Below the pieces are notes generated by a model. The model was given only the letters and a program-made list of their open reading frames with translations, searched no databases and was not told the origin of the DNA. Below, piece after piece: positions 29,688 to 38,749 of a DNA stretch of 64,000 bases. A program made the position numbers and the translations under genes. Source of the DNA: an uncultured bacterium (lineage in GTDB: Bacteria; Oederibacteriota; Oederibacteriia; Oederibacteriales; Oederibacteriaceae); assembly GCA_965112635.1 (NCBI GenBank), contig OZ218778.1, forward strand, positions 288,001 to 352,000. The letters run 5' to 3'. Numbering within the stretch: position 1 is the stretch's first letter; each line of letters opens with the position of its first letter.

Positions 29688-30191
29688 CTATACCCTAGCC
29701 AGGCAAGATACGATCTCACCCAGGAACATCCGGTGGTAATCTTTCCCGTTATAGTTCCTTTCAATGTTCTTGTCCACGAACCGCTTGGGGTCAATATCCT
29801 GGGTGTAAAGTTTCCGGCACTCCAGCACCAGCCGGGCCTGTTCATAATAAATACCAATCTTTCCTTGAATAGGTTTTAATCCTGTTTCTTTGATTTTATC
29901 CACATCCCTGCCTGACTTGGATCCACAATAATTTAGAATATCTTTATATTTTTCTTCAAAAAAACAAAGCGAAAAAGACTCCGCCCTATCCACGAATCCA
30001 AAGGTATGCCGTGAAGGACGGATCACGCACGCGGCCACAGGCCGGCCCCACATGATGCCTAACCCTCCCCAGCTCGCGGTCATGGTGTTAAAGGAGCTCA
30101 AAGTTCCCGCTGTAATGAGCATCCAGTCTTGGTCTATAAGTTTAAAAACATTATCCTTGATCTCCTGTGGTGCAATCTCCTTGAAAGCCAT
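29688..30191 (-). CDS. Flavin reductase-like protein
   Basis: WMLITAG, NTMTASWGG, CGSKSGRDVDK, YHRMFLGEI. Confidence 0.9.
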   Translation of the reverse strand: MAFKEIAPQEIKDNVFKLIDQDWMLITAGTLSSFNTMTASWGGLGIMWGRPVAACVIRPSRHTFGFVDRAESFSLCFFEEKYKDILNYCGSKSGRDVDKIKETGLKPIQGKIGIYYEQARLVLECRKLYTQDIDPKRFVDKNIERNYNGKDYHRMFLGEIVSCLARV

Positions 30192-30326
30192 TCTGCCTCC
30201 TTAGAATTAAATGACCACTATCTTTATTGATTATATTCTTTAGTAATTATTTTCACAAATCTCATCATTACCTAACCCAAACTAAACAATCCGGAGATAA
30301 CGTTACCTTGGAGAAAGGAGGGACCT

Positions 30327-30440
30327 ATGCCTGTCCAGCCACCCATCCTCAGCATGGGACTTATCTTAGCCGTGGCTTTTTCATTCAAGCTACTCGCCAC
30401 CTATCATTGGAAAAAAGGTACAGCCAAACCGAAGAAATAG
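30327..30440 (+). CDS. Putative 37-aa single-TM small protein
   Basis: AAAGGAGG SD, then MPVQPPILSMGLILAVAFSFKLLATYHWKKGTAKPKK*; below the ORF-track cutoff. Confidence 0.5.
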   Translation: MPVQPPILSMGLILAVAFSFKLLATYHWKKGTAKPKK

Positions 30441-30496
30441 CTTTAACTTTTTTCTGCCGGTTTTGATTTTGGAGGATACAGCTACATTTCCAATTT

Positions 30497-32872
30497 CTAT
30501 CGTAAAACTTGTTCTAAATACTGCCCGCTATATTTGATATTCCATGCTTCCTGCTTGCAACAATAATCCAAAACGGGTCTTATTATTTTTAAAGGCGGAT
30601 GGATCCTGGCTATAGCTTTGGCTGTAGGCAAACACAGCGACCAGTCGGTCAAAAAAGGCAACAGCTGAGGGACCGCTTGCCTGGCTGCCGGCCCCATCTG
30701 GCCCAAAGCCAAGATGGCGCCGAAACGCAACCGGCCGTGGCTCAAAGCTTCCCTGAGGAACAGGATGGTCTTGGGACTTGGCCCCATCTTGCCCAAAGAG
30801 TAGAGTGCCATGTTTTGCAGGTCTTCCGTCGCAGAGGGATCCGCAATAATCATTTCTATTTTGTGGGTCACGGCTTCCGGATGAGAGAACTTCGACGATA
30901 GTGCATAAATGGCTGCCAGGGCATCCTCTTCATTGGTTGTTTTTAAATTTACCAGAAAATCCTTATTCCCCACCTCAGGGACCGGCAAAGAAACTGCCGA
31001 CCAGAATGGTTCTGCCTCGGTCTTTCTGGAAAGGTCAAAGCAGATATAGTCTTTGCCCTGTTCCACGGCAGCCCCAGGGCCAATCCAGTTACTGAAAAAA
31101 CTCACCATCCCCGGATAAAGAACGGGTTTGTGAAGAATGATATATCTAACCTGATTAGTTTGCAGGAATGCGCGCCATTTCTCGATCTCCAAGGGAAGCG
31201 GAGAAAAAGAATCTGGTACTTTTTGTCGCTGCACCAGGTCGTTGATCACCCATTCTGAAACAAGGGCATCCCAGGTTTTACGCGGAATCCTGGAAATATA
31301 GCCGGAAACAATGTTCTTGGCATGGAACATCTGGTAGGTCTGCGCCTGGACCGGCATATGCCTGCCGTACGTGATAAGCCCGTCGCGGATGACCAAGGGC
31401 ACTTCTAAGACAGTGCATTCCCCCGGCACGGTTGCGATCTCGTGGTAAACCTGCGGGATGTCAGGAAAAGGTAAAAGAGGAAAGGGCATACATAAATAAT
31501 CCAATAGTAGTCCAGCGACAGTTAAAGATCCGCCTAGAAAACGCAGTTTCCTACGATCGCTTAAGGCTTTCTTCCAGCGGTCCCAACCAAATCCCGCCAA
31601 AAGAGCCAGGCAAAGCATTCCCGGCACCATCAATCTTGCGGGAGCCCTAAAATTTCGGATAATTGGTAAATATTGGGTCAATAAAAATGGCAATGGTATT
31701 GGAACTCCCCTGATTGTGAACAATGAACTGGTGACCCGCAAAGCCGGACCCAAACTGAACACAAGAAATAAAATGAATAAAAACAGCCACACTTTGACCT
31801 TGAATTCCCTGTGTCCGCCCAGTACTAGGCCGGACAGTAAAAGGATTAGGCTGGTCCAGCCCAGATAGACCGTACATTCAAAAACATCCTGGGGGTGCTG
31901 GTTAAAAATTGTTTTGAAAATAGGATGTTGATAGGAAGGGGTAATCAACCCGCTTAAAGTGGAAACGTTTTGACTGACGAACCAATAATTGGTTTTGAAG
32001 TGATGGTTAAATTCCTGTAAAGAACCCTTTCCCGTGACCAACAAACCCAGCTGGCGGAGATCCTGGGGTAAACTTGAATTGACATACTGATAAACTTCCT
32101 TATCCATGGTCATGGCGTTAGACAAAAAAGGGGTGGCCAAGATCAAAAAGGGCGCGGCTAGCGCCAGAGCATGTTTCCAGCAAAATTGTTTCACGGTTTT
32201 TCTTTGCCGGGCATCAGCTATCAGCAGGATAAGACCCATTGCGACGCACCAAAATACAGCAATATGTTCCACCCACGCTTGCAGGCCCAGAAAAACAGAC
32301 GCCCAAAAAGCGTCCCTGGCCTCACCCTGCCTGATGAATTTGGTCCAGAACAAGAGGAAAAAAGGCATGGCGGACGTGGACACCACTGCCACATGACCTC
32401 CTGCGGCGTGTCCCATCCGCAAAGGAGCAAACCCAAAAATGAACCCTGCGACCATGCCCGCCCAAAAACTCAAGCCGTAATATCTCGCAAGTAAATAAAC
32501 TCCCCAACCGGAGAAGCAAAAGGAAAGAAAATAACCCAGATTAAAAGCGCCAATGAGTCCAAGAAAAGGCTGGAGAATAAATTGTGCTAATCCATGCAAA
32601 GGAATTGTTCCATCATAAGCCATGCTGATACCGTAGGGGAAAAGGATCATCCGCGTGAAAAAAGGGTTCTTGAGCAGTCCGACCGCGTGCTGGAAATGCC
32701 AGGCTGCCCAGAGCATTCCCTCAATGTCTGAAGACCCCAGCAAGTGTGTCCCAAAATGCAGGATCCAGGGAAAAGTATAGAGACCGGTCAATAGGATGAA
32801 TAAAGCAAAGGCCAGGCAATGCCCCTGCCTAGGGGAGTTGACGCGCTTCATTTTTATTTTTATTTTGAACAT
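30497..32872 (-). CDS. Polytopic membrane protein (GT-C/YfhO-like) with C-terminal HEAT repeats
   Basis: NPFFT..LFPYG, many TM helices, FSLGP, FRAPAR, VSGYISR; C-terminal ALGQMGPAARQAVPQL. Confidence 0.7.
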   Translation of the reverse strand: MFKIKIKMKRVNSPRQGHCLAFALFILLTGLYTFPWILHFGTHLLGSSDIEGMLWAAWHFQHAVGLLKNPFFTRMILFPYGISMAYDGTIPLHGLAQFILQPFLGLIGAFNLGYFLSFCFSGWGVYLLARYYGLSFWAGMVAGFIFGFAPLRMGHAAGGHVAVVSTSAMPFFLLFWTKFIRQGEARDAFWASVFLGLQAWVEHIAVFWCVAMGLILLIADARQRKTVKQFCWKHALALAAPFLILATPFLSNAMTMDKEVYQYVNSSLPQDLRQLGLLVTGKGSLQEFNHHFKTNYWFVSQNVSTLSGLITPSYQHPIFKTIFNQHPQDVFECTVYLGWTSLILLLSGLVLGGHREFKVKVWLFLFILFLVFSLGPALRVTSSLFTIRGVPIPLPFLLTQYLPIIRNFRAPARLMVPGMLCLALLAGFGWDRWKKALSDRRKLRFLGGSLTVAGLLLDYLCMPFPLLPFPDIPQVYHEIATVPGECTVLEVPLVIRDGLITYGRHMPVQAQTYQMFHAKNIVSGYISRIPRKTWDALVSEWVINDLVQRQKVPDSFSPLPLEIEKWRAFLQTNQVRYIILHKPVLYPGMVSFFSNWIGPGAAVEQGKDYICFDLSRKTEAEPFWSAVSLPVPEVGNKDFLVNLKTTNEEDALAAIYALSSKFSHPEAVTHKIEMIIADPSATEDLQNMALYSLGKMGPSPKTILFLREALSHGRLRFGAILALGQMGPAARQAVPQLLPFLTDWSLCLPTAKAIARIHPPLKIIRPVLDYCCKQEAWNIKYSGQYLEQVLR

Positions 32873-32912
32873 TCGGCACCATTAGTCAGTGATCGGCAAA
32901 ACTCAAGGTTGA

Positions 32913-33980
32913 CTAGGAATTGAACTCCCGGACCGCTTCAAGCATGGCCAAATAATTGGGGACTGGGATATAATTGGCGACCGTGTTTCCGCTGCCGGCC
33001 GCATAACCGCCGGTTGGAGCGCAAGCCTCCAATATCCTCTTAGTGTGTTCTTTGATCTCGCTAGGGGTGTGCCTGCACAGGAAATCCACGTCCACGCCTC
33101 CGAAAAGGGCCACCCTGCTCCCCCACCGCTTTTTAGCTTCCGTGACAGGCATGATGACATCCTCGAACGAATGCTTGGCGTCGATCTTCACGTCGTCGAT
33201 CAGGTCATCCATGATGTCCTGGAGCTGTCCGCAGCTGTGTAGCAAGAAGGGTTTCCCGTTCCGGTGGGCCGCCTCGACGACCTTTTTTTGCCAGGGGAAA
33301 ACGTACTGACGCAGGACTTTGGGAGACAGCATAGTGGTGGTTTTATAGCCCAGGTCATCCCCGAACCGGTACACTCCCACGGCATCCATCTTGGACAAAC
33401 GCTCGGCGATTCCTACGATGGTCTTGCCGATCTTTTCAAAAAGTTTGGTGACGAACTCCTCATCCTCATAAACCTTGATGCACAGAGGCTCCAGCCCCAC
33501 CATGAACGAAGCGTGTTCAAAGGGCCCTCCGGAAGCACCCCCGATGATCTTCATCCCCGGCGGTAAAAGCTTGGCTATCTTTTCAAACAACGGGTAATCA
33601 AAAGCCTTGTCTCCTTCAGGCCAGTTGGCCGGATTTTCCAGGTCTTCCATGGTTCTGAGGATCCCGTTTTGTTCATTGACCCAGCTGCGGTTCCCCTTAG
33701 TATAGACCGCAGTATCCTCTACGGTCAGGTTTGGGTTTTCGGCAAAATTGGGGCTGTATTCTACCGGAAGATAGTCATAACCCAACTGCTGATAAAATGA
33801 AAGTCTATGACGCCAAAGCTGGACTTGGCCGTCCATGGTGGAACGGGCTATTTTGGAAAAATCAAAACCCATGACCGCTTCAATAATCTCATCGTCAGCG
33901 AAATGTTCATAAAGCGGGACTTTTGCAGGGACACCTTTGCGGGTAACGGCTTGCAGAATTAGATTAAAATCCGGTTTCAT
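32913..33980 (-). CDS. Uroporphyrinogen decarboxylase/MtaA-CmuA family protein
   Basis: GDDLGYKT, LHSCGQL, AKHSFED, GGVDVD, GSGN. Start moved to after AAGGAG because the track's start overlaps the tRNA. Confidence 0.85.
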   Translation of the reverse strand: MKPDFNLILQAVTRKGVPAKVPLYEHFADDEIIEAVMGFDFSKIARSTMDGQVQLWRHRLSFYQQLGYDYLPVEYSPNFAENPNLTVEDTAVYTKGNRSWVNEQNGILRTMEDLENPANWPEGDKAFDYPLFEKIAKLLPPGMKIIGGASGGPFEHASFMVGLEPLCIKVYEDEEFVTKLFEKIGKTIVGIAERLSKMDAVGVYRFGDDLGYKTTTMLSPKVLRQYVFPWQKKVVEAAHRNGKPFLLHSCGQLQDIMDDLIDDVKIDAKHSFEDVIMPVTEAKKRWGSRVALFGGVDVDFLCRHTPSEIKEHTKRILEACAPTGGYAAGSGNTVANYIPVPNYLAMLEAVREFNS

Positions 33981-34000
33981 CACATTTCTCCTTACTAAAT

Positions 34001-34077
34001 TGGTGGGCCCTGTAGGACTCGAACCTACGACCAAGAGATTATGAGTCTCCTGCTCTGACCAACTGAGCTAAGGGCCC
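34001..34077 (-). tRNA. tRNA with CAT anticodon, Ile2 (lysidine) type
   Basis: GGGCCCTTAGCTCAGTTGGTCAGAGCAGGAGACT-CAT-AATCTCTTGGTCGTAGGTTCGAGTCCTACAGGGCCCACCA; cloverleaf with encoded CCA; resembles ileX rather than Met tRNAs. Confidence 0.93.
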
Positions 34078-34088
34078 GATCAAAAATA

Positions 34089-34293
34089 TAATAATGCGTT
34101 TCCGCTAGAGGGCCTTTAAGTCGTAACAGCTTTACGACTAAAGGGCCCCACACCTTTACGCCAAAGGGCGCAACTTTAATAATGCGTTTCCTCTCGTGGA
34201 GCCCTTATATCGAACAACGGTTCGATAAACAGGGCCCATGCGTTTAATTGCTCGGATCCTTAATTCGCAACAGTCTTGCTAATAAAGGGACTC
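34089..34293. repeat. Three tandem structured repeat units (leader motif plus bulged hairpin)
   Basis: (TAATA)ATGCGTTT leader at 34089, 34177 and 34238, each followed by a hairpin with compensatory changes between copies. Confidence 0.7.
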
Positions 34294-34319
34294 AAATAAA
34301 AATAATAATCCGTTTTTCT

Positions 34320-34575
34320 ATGCTGAATAAGTGTTTTTCACGATCATTCAGCAGACTGCTACTCCGAGACTCTCTTTTGTACCCCTGCGGGGTACGCCTT
34401 CGGCGATCGAGGAATCTCATCCTTCTTAGTGAGCTGAAAAAGTCTCTCAATAGACTCTTTACACTCTTTATAGCCCTCGCATGAGGGGTCCCCGCACAGG
34501 CTCACGAGCTCAAGCTCGCATGCTTGAGCATGTGCCTGCGCACCTGGAGGGCGTGGGGACTTTTGCAGCGGACTG
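34320..34575. repeat. Palindrome-rich intergenic region, MITE/REP-like
   Basis: Inverted repeat GCTGAAAAAGTC/GACTTTTGCAGC enclosing nested hairpins; also TACCCC/GGGGTA and CGCCTTCGGCG. Confidence 0.5.
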
Positions 34576-35070
34576 TTAATTCTTTTTGTCCGGCTCAAAA
34601 TTCTTTTCATTGAAAAAACTCAATATTCTTTCCGGTTTTTTGGGGAGCGCGTCGCCCGGGATCCTGTCGCACTCGATCTTGGTCAGGAACGAGTAGAGCT
34701 GCTTGGCGGTATATTCGACGATGCCCTTGATCTTGGCCAAAGCGCCGAGGTCTTCAAAAAGGATGACCAGGACGCTTCTTTCTGAAACACGCTTCATATA
34801 AATGTTCTTGTTTTCCCCTTCATGGAAGAGCACCTTGATCTTCTCGTCCCCCAGGTATTTGGCCAGTTCATCGGTGACCAGGAAGTTACAGGCGATCAAA
34901 GAAGCCAGCTCAGCCGGATTTCCGGCCCTCATGCGGCCCTCTCTCGTGATCAGGGCCCCGGACTCATCGATAATGTAGGCCTCGCTGGCTTCGGAACGCG
35001 ACAACAATTCGGCCAGATAGCGGTTGAGCACCTGGGTCATTTGGGAAGATATGAACAAATTTCGTTTCAT
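34576..35070 (-). CDS. Roadblock/LC7 (MglB-like) protein
   Basis: IIDESGALI, LASLIACNFLVTDELAKYLGD, LFHEGENKNIY, matching the MglB pattern. Confidence 0.88.
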   Translation of the reverse strand: MKRNLFISSQMTQVLNRYLAELLSRSEASEAYIIDESGALITREGRMRAGNPAELASLIACNFLVTDELAKYLGDEKIKVLFHEGENKNIYMKRVSERSVLVILFEDLGALAKIKGIVEYTAKQLYSFLTKIECDRIPGDALPKKPERILSFFNEKNFEPDKKN

Positions 35071-35112
35071 CGGGCACGATCCTTCCGGGAAGCCGGGGGT
35101 CTGGCGCGGCGG

Positions 35113-35472
35113 CTACCCCATTTTACGGTAATAGAGCCAGCCGCCCAACAGGGTCAAAAGCCCCGCCAGCAGCAGGCAGAACATCGAAACGGTACGCAGT
35201 TTCATGCTGAGCTTATAAAATTCGGGGTCCACGGCTATGTATTTAACGATGAACAGGTTCGTAAAAAAATGGATCGCGGCGGAGATGACCAGGAGCAGGG
35301 AGCCTATGAACGGCAGGACCTCCAGGAACCGGCGTTCGATCAGGCCGAGCAACCTCCCCACGACCAACCCGTACAGGACCATGGCCAGGGCCAGCAATAA
35401 AAGGGCCGCCTCGTAAATAAAATGCCCGCGGGGCACCCCATGCAGCAAGGCGCGGAAATTCAACATGAACAT
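35113..35472 (-). CDS. Small 3-TM membrane protein
   Basis: Three hydrophobic helices; starts immediately after the upstream stop. Confidence 0.8.
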   Translation of the reverse strand: MFMLNFRALLHGVPRGHFIYEAALLLLALAMVLYGLVVGRLLGLIERRFLEVLPFIGSLLLVISAAIHFFTNLFIVKYIAVDPEFYKLSMKLRTVSMFCLLLAGLLTLLGGWLYYRKMG

Positions 35473-35853
35473 TTAAAACTCCCAGTCTTTCTTAAAATGG
35501 GACAGCCTGGCCAGCGTCCGGTAGACCAGATAGCACCCGACCGCGCAGGAGATCCCTGATAAAAAAAGGAGGACATAGGCGATCTGTCTTTCCAAAATAA
35601 ATTCAACCACGCCGCCCTGCCCCGGGCCGGCCTGGACCAGGGTATAGACGGTATACAAAAGGATGCCCGAGGGGCCCCATTGCAGCAGTTGCCAGCCGGT
35701 CGGCGTCTCAAAGGAACGCTCCAGCTGGCGGGCGATCAGGCCGAGCATAAAAAAGGCCGCCCACAGCGCGACCCCTCCCAGGACCGCGACATAATTGGTC
35801 AGGGTGATATAGAGCAAATATTCGTTCGTGGACAGCAAAGATTTTATCATCAA
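35473..35853 (-). CDS. Small 3-TM membrane protein
   Basis: Three hydrophobic helices; overlaps the upstream stop. Confidence 0.8.
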   Translation of the reverse strand: MMIKSLLSTNEYLLYITLTNYVAVLGGVALWAAFFMLGLIARQLERSFETPTGWQLLQWGPSGILLYTVYTLVQAGPGQGGVVEFILERQIAYVLLFLSGISCAVGCYLVYRTLARLSHFKKDWEF

Positions 35854-36704
35854 ATCTCCAGGTCGATGATCCGGGAAAAAAGGTTCTTTATTTCCAGGGA
35901 AAGGGTGTCCGACTTACGCGCCCCGACCAAAGAACGGCAGCGGCGTTTTAACCCGTCGTGCAGCCGGTAGAACTGTTCCCTGGTAAAGCTTTTCAGGTGG
36001 GGCAGCCTCTTTTTGAAGTTCTGGTATTCAAGAAAAAGAAGATAAGATCCGTACCCGGGGATGAATTTCTCGCAGATGCCGCGCATTTCCTCCAAAACCC
36101 TTTTTTTCTGCAGGGTCAGGTCCACGGTCCTCATGGTGTGGGTGCCGGGACAATCCCAGCGGGTCCAGGACGCACCGGCGCCGGAAAGATCGGCCAACGG
36201 GAGCTGTTCCAGGAGCTGGTCATAGGGCGGCGAGAAAAAACCCACGATATTCCCGTCAGCGCAATAAACATAATGCTGTTCCCCCTCTTTTTCCAGCAAA
36301 AGCCCGGAAAGGGCCGTGTTTCTTTCCACAAAATTTTTAAGCTCCGGGATGGTCCTGGGGATCTCCCCGGGAGGGACGGTCCGGCCCGTCCCATGAATCA
36401 AACCCAATAAGGAAGACAGCAGGTCATAATCTATCTTGCAGATGTCCAGAAAAGCCCGGCTGGACTTGATCTTATCCAGCACCTTCACCAGGCCGTCCAG
36501 CCCCAAAGTTCGGTCCCCCTCGTATTCAAATAAGGCCGCGATCAATTCACTATCCCTGATAAAGATCAATCCTTCGGCATCGTCAAAAACGGCCCTGACA
36601 TAGCCGACGAAATTTTCCGAGCCCAGGCTGCCCAGGACCTGGCCGATATTAACATAGGTGGTATCGAGGTTTTTCTGGAGGACCTTGCCTTTGGGATACC
36701 GCAT
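35850..36704 (-). CDS. Hypothetical protein with a DUF2226/PATAN-like N-terminal domain
   Basis: PKG..NLDT.YV...L....FVGYV......GLIF pattern recalled from GTPase-associated proteins; TGATG coupling to the upstream gene. Confidence 0.65.
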   Translation of the reverse strand: MRYPKGKVLQKNLDTTYVNIGQVLGSLGSENFVGYVRAVFDDAEGLIFIRDSELIAALFEYEGDRTLGLDGLVKVLDKIKSSRAFLDICKIDYDLLSSLLGLIHGTGRTVPPGEIPRTIPELKNFVERNTALSGLLLEKEGEQHYVYCADGNIVGFFSPPYDQLLEQLPLADLSGAGASWTRWDCPGTHTMRTVDLTLQKKRVLEEMRGICEKFIPGYGSYLLFLEYQNFKKRLPHLKSFTREQFYRLHDGLKRRCRSLVGARKSDTLSLEIKNLFSRIIDLEI

Positions 36705-37975
36705 CAGCTGTACATCCCCCCGTCCTGGTCCGGATCGAAAGAGCTTTGGCTCATTCTTTTGATCTCTTCCAGGAACCAGTTTATCTTGTTGACCATCTCC
36801 AGCTCATGGACCTTGTGAATGTTTTTTTGGATGGCCATCCTCCACTTGTTATAAAGTTCCAGGGCCGCCTCATCCCCGAATATCCTCTTTGCAATGGAAA
36901 ACCGGTTCCGGAGAAAATCAAAAAATGAATAAATAAAGATATCCTTTTCCTCATAATCGCCCAATATCCTGGAGGCATCCAGCTTCAGGAACATGAACTG
37001 CGCCTCCGGACCGGTCTTATCCAGCAGGAAATAGTTTTTACTGAAGAGAGGTCTGTCCACATGGTCCAAAACTTTCTGCGCGTGTTCTCCCAGCTGGGCC
37101 GTAAAAATATTATTGCTCTGTTCGATCAGGCTGTTGAAAAATACCAATGGGACCGAATCTTTTCTCTGCCCGGCGGGCTCCGGGGCCGGCTTTCCAGGCT
37201 TTACCGGCTGCGCGGTGTTTTCGAGGGGAGCCAGGTTCTTTTCATAGGCCTTCAACAGGCCCGCCTCGATCTCCACAGCCAGCTCTTCCTCTTTTTCGCG
37301 CTGATCCGTTGTTTGCAGCCTGATCAGGGCCTGGACTTTCGCTCCCAGTTCTTTCCAGACTTCCGGATATTTTTTGTCGATACCGGTCGCCAAACTGTCT
37401 TCGATCAGGTTTTTGATCCGCCAGATCTTCCTGACCAGGATAGGGGATACCGGCGCGGCAGGGTCCTGGCCGGCCGCCGGCTGTTCGTCCGGTCCGGCCT
37501 CTTCATCATCATAAAAGGATTCTTTGAACGATTCAAGGCCGACCACTTTTTTTTCGCACCGGTCCAGGATTCTTTTCAGTGCATTCTGGGTCTCTTTCAC
37601 TTTGGCCCTGATCTGCCCCAGCAAATTTGCGTGTTCGAACAGGATGATGAGAAGCGTCTCTTCACTGACCGACTGGAGATAGGCGCTGAGTTGCTTGTCC
37701 CTCTGGAAGATCAGCGAAAAACTTTTTTCTCCGACCTTCTTGGCCACTTCTTTGGTGGTGGCGTAATCCCCGGCCGCCAGCGCGGCAATGGTCGTCAAAT
37801 TTTTGTCCTTGGACTCGCCGGCATAGGCAATGACCTTCCCTGCCGTATCAATGAGCACCCCGAGGTTCACCTCATGGTCGCTGGAGTCCAGCAGCTTCTC
37901 CAGGGTCTCCTGGATGGCGGTTAGGGCCTCGTCCGGGATCAGAACATTAACATTACCGTCCTTGAGTTCTAACAT
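36704..37975 (-). CDS. Roadblock (MglB-like) domain with a long unknown helical C-terminal extension
   Basis: LIDTAGKVIA, IAALAAGDYATTKEVAKKVGEKSF, LLGQIR; acidic/Pro linkers followed by about 250 aa of unknown sequence. Confidence 0.85.
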   Translation of the reverse strand: MLELKDGNVNVLIPDEALTAIQETLEKLLDSSDHEVNLGVLIDTAGKVIAYAGESKDKNLTTIAALAAGDYATTKEVAKKVGEKSFSLIFQRDKQLSAYLQSVSEETLLIILFEHANLLGQIRAKVKETQNALKRILDRCEKKVVGLESFKESFYDDEEAGPDEQPAAGQDPAAPVSPILVRKIWRIKNLIEDSLATGIDKKYPEVWKELGAKVQALIRLQTTDQREKEEELAVEIEAGLLKAYEKNLAPLENTAQPVKPGKPAPEPAGQRKDSVPLVFFNSLIEQSNNIFTAQLGEHAQKVLDHVDRPLFSKNYFLLDKTGPEAQFMFLKLDASRILGDYEEKDIFIYSFFDFLRNRFSIAKRIFGDEAALELYNKWRMAIQKNIHKVHELEMVNKINWFLEEIKRMSQSSFDPDQDGGMYS

Positions 37976-37994
37976 GCGACTAGAGGTCCTTTCC

Positions 37995-38576
37995 TCATTG
38001 GTAAACTCGCTGGAGAGCCAGTTCTGTCGCGGTCCTCAGGGTATCCATGACCCCGACCCCGTGCCTGGCAATGGCCTGATGGTAAGGATCACCGTTGGGA
38101 TTGAACCGGGATTGCAGCTCTGCGAGAGACAAACTCTTTTGAATATCGGCTTTGTTGTATTGGATCACCCGGGGGATATCCTGAGGGGCGACCTCGATCG
38201 CCTTGAGGTCTTGTTCCAGTAATTTCAGGCTTTGCTCGTTTTCCTCGGCCTTCGAGGCCTGGGAATCCACGACAATGACAATGACATCAGAGCCTTTCAG
38301 GATGAGTTTGCGGCTGGCGTCATAGTATTGCTGGCCGGGCAGGGTATAGAGATGCACATAGATCCTGTAACCGTCTATATTCCCCAGCATGACCAGTAAA
38401 AAATCAAAGAAAAGAGTGCGTTCGGTCGCTGTGTCCAGGGTCAGCAAATCTCCCCTCATGCTCGGAGAAACATACTTGCATATCTCTCTTAGATTGGTTG
38501 TTTTGCCGCCAAGACCGACCCCGTGATAAGCGATCTTGAAAACGATCTCCTTGGTTTGTTGATTAACGGTAGCCAT
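37995..38576 (-). CDS. mglA: MglA-family small GTPase
   Basis: GVGLGGKTTNL, ERTLFFDF, TLPGQ, QYNKAD, GVGVMDTL. Confidence 0.93.
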   Translation of the reverse strand: MATVNQQTKEIVFKIAYHGVGLGGKTTNLREICKYVSPSMRGDLLTLDTATERTLFFDFLLVMLGNIDGYRIYVHLYTLPGQQYYDASRKLILKGSDVIVIVVDSQASKAEENEQSLKLLEQDLKAIEVAPQDIPRVIQYNKADIQKSLSLAELQSRFNPNGDPYHQAIARHGVGVMDTLRTATELALQRVYQ

Positions 38577-38749
38577 GATCTTTTAACCTTTTCCTGTCTC
38601 ATTGCGAATTGGAAATATGAGAATTCGGTTAATTCTACAATGCCTTCCTTGGCTTCTGCAAGCTATTACTGGGGACTTAGAGTCGGGTCCTGTGAATGAG
38701 GGTGGGGAACAGCTGCGGACTTGCCTGTAAAAGATGAAAAAAAACGGCA

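Noticed and set aside
34001-34020. tRNA 3' end as an island attachment site
   Set aside because: I saw no duplicated tRNA end and no integrase in the window.
33981-34034. N-terminal extension of ORF 32913..34034
   Set aside because: It overlaps the tRNA; an SD supports a start at 33980/33983.
34089-34315. Possible CRISPR mini-array
   Set aside because: The conserved part is only 8-15 bp, spacing is irregular, the intervening sequences are homologous hairpins rather than unique spacers, and no cas genes are present.
34359-34610. 83-aa ORF, or RNase P / 6S / SRP RNA
   Set aside because: The ORF runs through palindromic repeats and overlaps the roadblock gene; I found no diagnostic motifs of these RNAs.
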